Assembly (NCBI GenBank): GCA_964501385.1
Contig: CAZCTI010000001.1
Span: 9,159 to 73,158, forward strand
From: an uncultured Clostridia bacterium
GTDB lineage: Bacteria; Bacillota; Clostridia; Tissierellales; Sedimentibacteraceae
Reading direction: 5' to 3'
DNA: 64,000 nucleotides
Below the pieces are notes generated by a model. The model did no database searches, was not told where the DNA came from, and saw only the letters and a list, made by a program, of their open reading frames with translations. The position numbers and the translations under genes are program-made. Below are positions 62,052 through 64,000 of the stretch, piece by piece. The first letter of the stretch is position 1, and each line of letters opens with the position of its first letter.

Positions 62052-62112
62052 GTCATTCCGGGTATACCCCCTCCTTATATAAATGAGAGCCTTCGCTATC
62101 GTTTAGGATGAC
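62052..62112. repeat. Degenerate family A repeat
   Basis: gtcatt ... gaga.ccttcgctatc..taggatgac. Confidence 0.7.
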
Positions 62113-62156
62113 ATAATGCGTGTCTACAAATAAATATCAGGTCAATGACCTGATAT

Positions 62157-62645
62157 TTAATATTCAATAATTATTTCATTTTCTTGTTCTTCAGTATTTT
62201 TAACTTCTTCTTCATCATCATGAAGAATTTTTTCTGATTTAACTTTAATTTTGTCTACTGTTTCCTGAACATTTTTCTTAATGTCATTTACATTTAATGA
62301 TTTGTCTTTGTAAATTCTAATTTTGCAGGATGTCAATACTGCTAATGCAATTACAAATATTGCTGCCCAAGGTGCCATCATGAATACTGCTAATGCAATT
62401 ACAAGGGCTACATTTAAAATCATATCCCCATCTTTGCTTTTTATGGACATTTTTAGTGCCAAAAGTTTATTTGCAAAGCTTGTGAAATTTCCCTGCTTTT
62501 CGTGTTTTTTTCCTTTTTTCTTCTCAAGTTCAATAATTGATTTTATTAAATCCCCATCATTTTTCTCAAGTGTGCTTTTAGCTTCTTCATAGCTTACATT
62601 AACTCTGTTTCTAAGTTCATCAATTTGTTCCAATGTTACTTTCAT
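62157..62645 (-). CDS. DUF4342-like membrane protein with UBA/EF-Ts-like N-terminus
   Basis: TLEQID.LR.R.NVSYEEAK..LE...GD...II.LE; hydrophobic hairpin. Confidence 0.75.
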   Translation of the reverse strand: MKVTLEQIDELRNRVNVSYEEAKSTLEKNDGDLIKSIIELEKKKGKKHEKQGNFTSFANKLLALKMSIKSKDGDMILNVALVIALAVFMMAPWAAIFVIALAVLTSCKIRIYKDKSLNVNDIKKNVQETVDKIKVKSEKILHDDEEEVKNTEEQENEIIIEY

Positions 62646-62825
62646 AACTCCTCCTATATATAAATTATTTTTTGTTTTTTATTTTCTATTTATAAATTAC
62701 CACCCTATAATTAATTAGGTTTTAGGGATAAATTAAGATTTGATTAAAAATTAAAATAATTATTTAATGTGGTATTGGGGGGTACTTTATTCTTAAGCTG
62801 AGATTAGTGAATATCCTACCGTAAT

Positions 62826-62869
62826 AAAAAAGATTCTTTTTTGTCAAAGGACAAAAAAGAATCTTTTTT
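62826..62869. terminator. Long A/T hairpin terminator after udp
   Basis: aaaagattcttttttgtc-aaag-gacaaaaaagaatctttt. Confidence 0.85.
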
Positions 62870-63639
62870 TATTTATTATCTTCTTTAATTAAAATTCTTA
62901 GTGCTTCAATTGCTGTTTTAATTGCAGCTTCTGTATCGTGCTCTTGAGGGTCATCTAAGCCTAATCTTCTTCGTTCTTGATTTGCAACCACATTAAATAT
63001 TGAACCTACTCTAACTTTTCTGTAAGCTGCAACTATAAATAGTGCCGCTGATTCCATTTCTGACGCTAATGTACCCATTTTCAACCAAGCATCCCATTTG
63101 TTTGTCAATTCATAACTTACGGGTTTAGAATCAGGTGTATGCTGTCCATAAAAGGAATCCTTGCATTGAACCACACCTACATGATATTTTTTGTTTAAAT
63201 TTTCTGCTGCTTTTATTAAAGCATTAGCTATTCCAAAATCTGCAACTGCCGGAAATTCTATGGGGGCGTATTCTTTGCTTGTTCCTTCCATTCTGATAGC
63301 TCCTGTAGCAATTACCAAGTCTCCACCCATTACATCAACGTTCATGCCTCCACAGGTACCTACTCTTATGAATGTATCAGCTCCTATGTTTACTAATTCC
63401 TCCATTGCTATTGCAGCAGATGGACCACCTATTCCTGTGGATGTAACACTTACCTTCACTCCATCAATATAACCTGTATAAGTTACATATTCTCTATGGT
63501 CTGCCACCAATACGGGATTATCAAAATATTTTGCAATTTTTTCACATCTTTTAGGGTCCCCCGGCAATATTACATACTTGCCCACATCCCCTTCCTTCAT
63601 ATTAATATGATATTGAACATCTGAATATACTGTGCTCAT
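62869..63639 (-). CDS. udp: Uridine phosphorylase
   Basis: [29 protein letters not shown]. Confidence 0.93.
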   Translation of the reverse strand: MSTVYSDVQYHINMKEGDVGKYVILPGDPKRCEKIAKYFDNPVLVADHREYVTYTGYIDGVKVSVTSTGIGGPSAAIAMEELVNIGADTFIRVGTCGGMNVDVMGGDLVIATGAIRMEGTSKEYAPIEFPAVADFGIANALIKAAENLNKKYHVGVVQCKDSFYGQHTPDSKPVSYELTNKWDAWLKMGTLASEMESAALFIVAAYRKVRVGSIFNVVANQERRRLGLDDPQEHDTEAAIKTAIEALRILIKEDNK

Positions 63640-63710
63640 TATAACCTCCATATTTTAATTATAACTATATTTTATATAAAATATTGGTAAAATTCAATAT
63701 CTATTTTACT

Positions 63711-63756
63711 TGCTAAGCATTTTACACTTTTCAGATGCTAAGCATTTTACACTTTT
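63711..63756. repeat. 21-bp direct repeat (period 25) upstream of udp
   Basis: tgctaagcattttacactttt x2. Confidence 0.85.
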
Positions 63757-64000
63757 TTCCTTTACATATTATATATTTAGCAGTAAATTGTACTTAAGTT
63801 TAAAAGTGAACTTAAGTTCAAAAGGAGTAAGAAATTAAAATTGAAAAAAATATTTATTATTATTCTGTTGTAAATGACCAAGAACAAATGGTTGTTGTTG
63901 ATATCTAAAAAAAACAAGTTAAAAAAGAGGCTATGCATCTAGCATGCCTCTTTTGTTATTTACACTAATTGTGGTGAGTCGTTTTCTCTGTTTTTAATTT

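Noticed and set aside
689-62112. Repeats considered as a CRISPR array
   Set aside because: Copies are dispersed, not regularly spaced with unique spacers, and no cas genes are present
62335-62404. 22-bp direct repeat inside the DUF4342-like gene
   Set aside because: In-frame duplication encoding two similar TM segments (VIALAV); minor

Overview
This is an AT-rich chromosomal window from a spore-forming anaerobic Firmicute (Clostridia/Tissierellia-like; taxonomy is inferred). Most genes lie on the minus strand. Core content: megL/nhaC methionine locus, LysM-GH18 spore enzyme, purL-E-F-M-N-H-D, beta-CASP nuclease-iorA-iorB-buk, purR-spoVG-glmU-pth-mfd-prsA-spoVT, T-box-leuS, mntP, yebC/yigZ/hflX, PBP1A, spoIIAA-AB/spoVAC-AD-AE, a two-component pair and udp. 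The most interesting signals are not in the ORF track. (1) An 11-kb Orange-protein-like Fe-S/metal cluster (three NifB/NifX-fold proteins, two Fer4-MinD ATPases, Mrp, DUF5320, a glutamate-synthase-like flavoprotein, a hemerythrin-PAS protein, DsrE-like protein, DUF134) has three promoters sharing a palindrome, GACATATGTC, fused to the -35 box (5 copies). This is a candidate DUF134 regulon. (2) There is an unannotated Fst-like type I toxin-antitoxin module at about 38.0-38.3 kb, plus an adjacent orphan sRNA candidate. (3) A modular family of palindromic intergenic repeats (A, B, C) nests and concatenates; copies sit where purC and sigF normally lie. (4) There is an orphan IS200/IS605 right end, a miniature IS3-like element, two truncated pseudogenes, and small sigma-G-type spore ORFs. 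No CRISPR array, rRNA or tRNA was seen.
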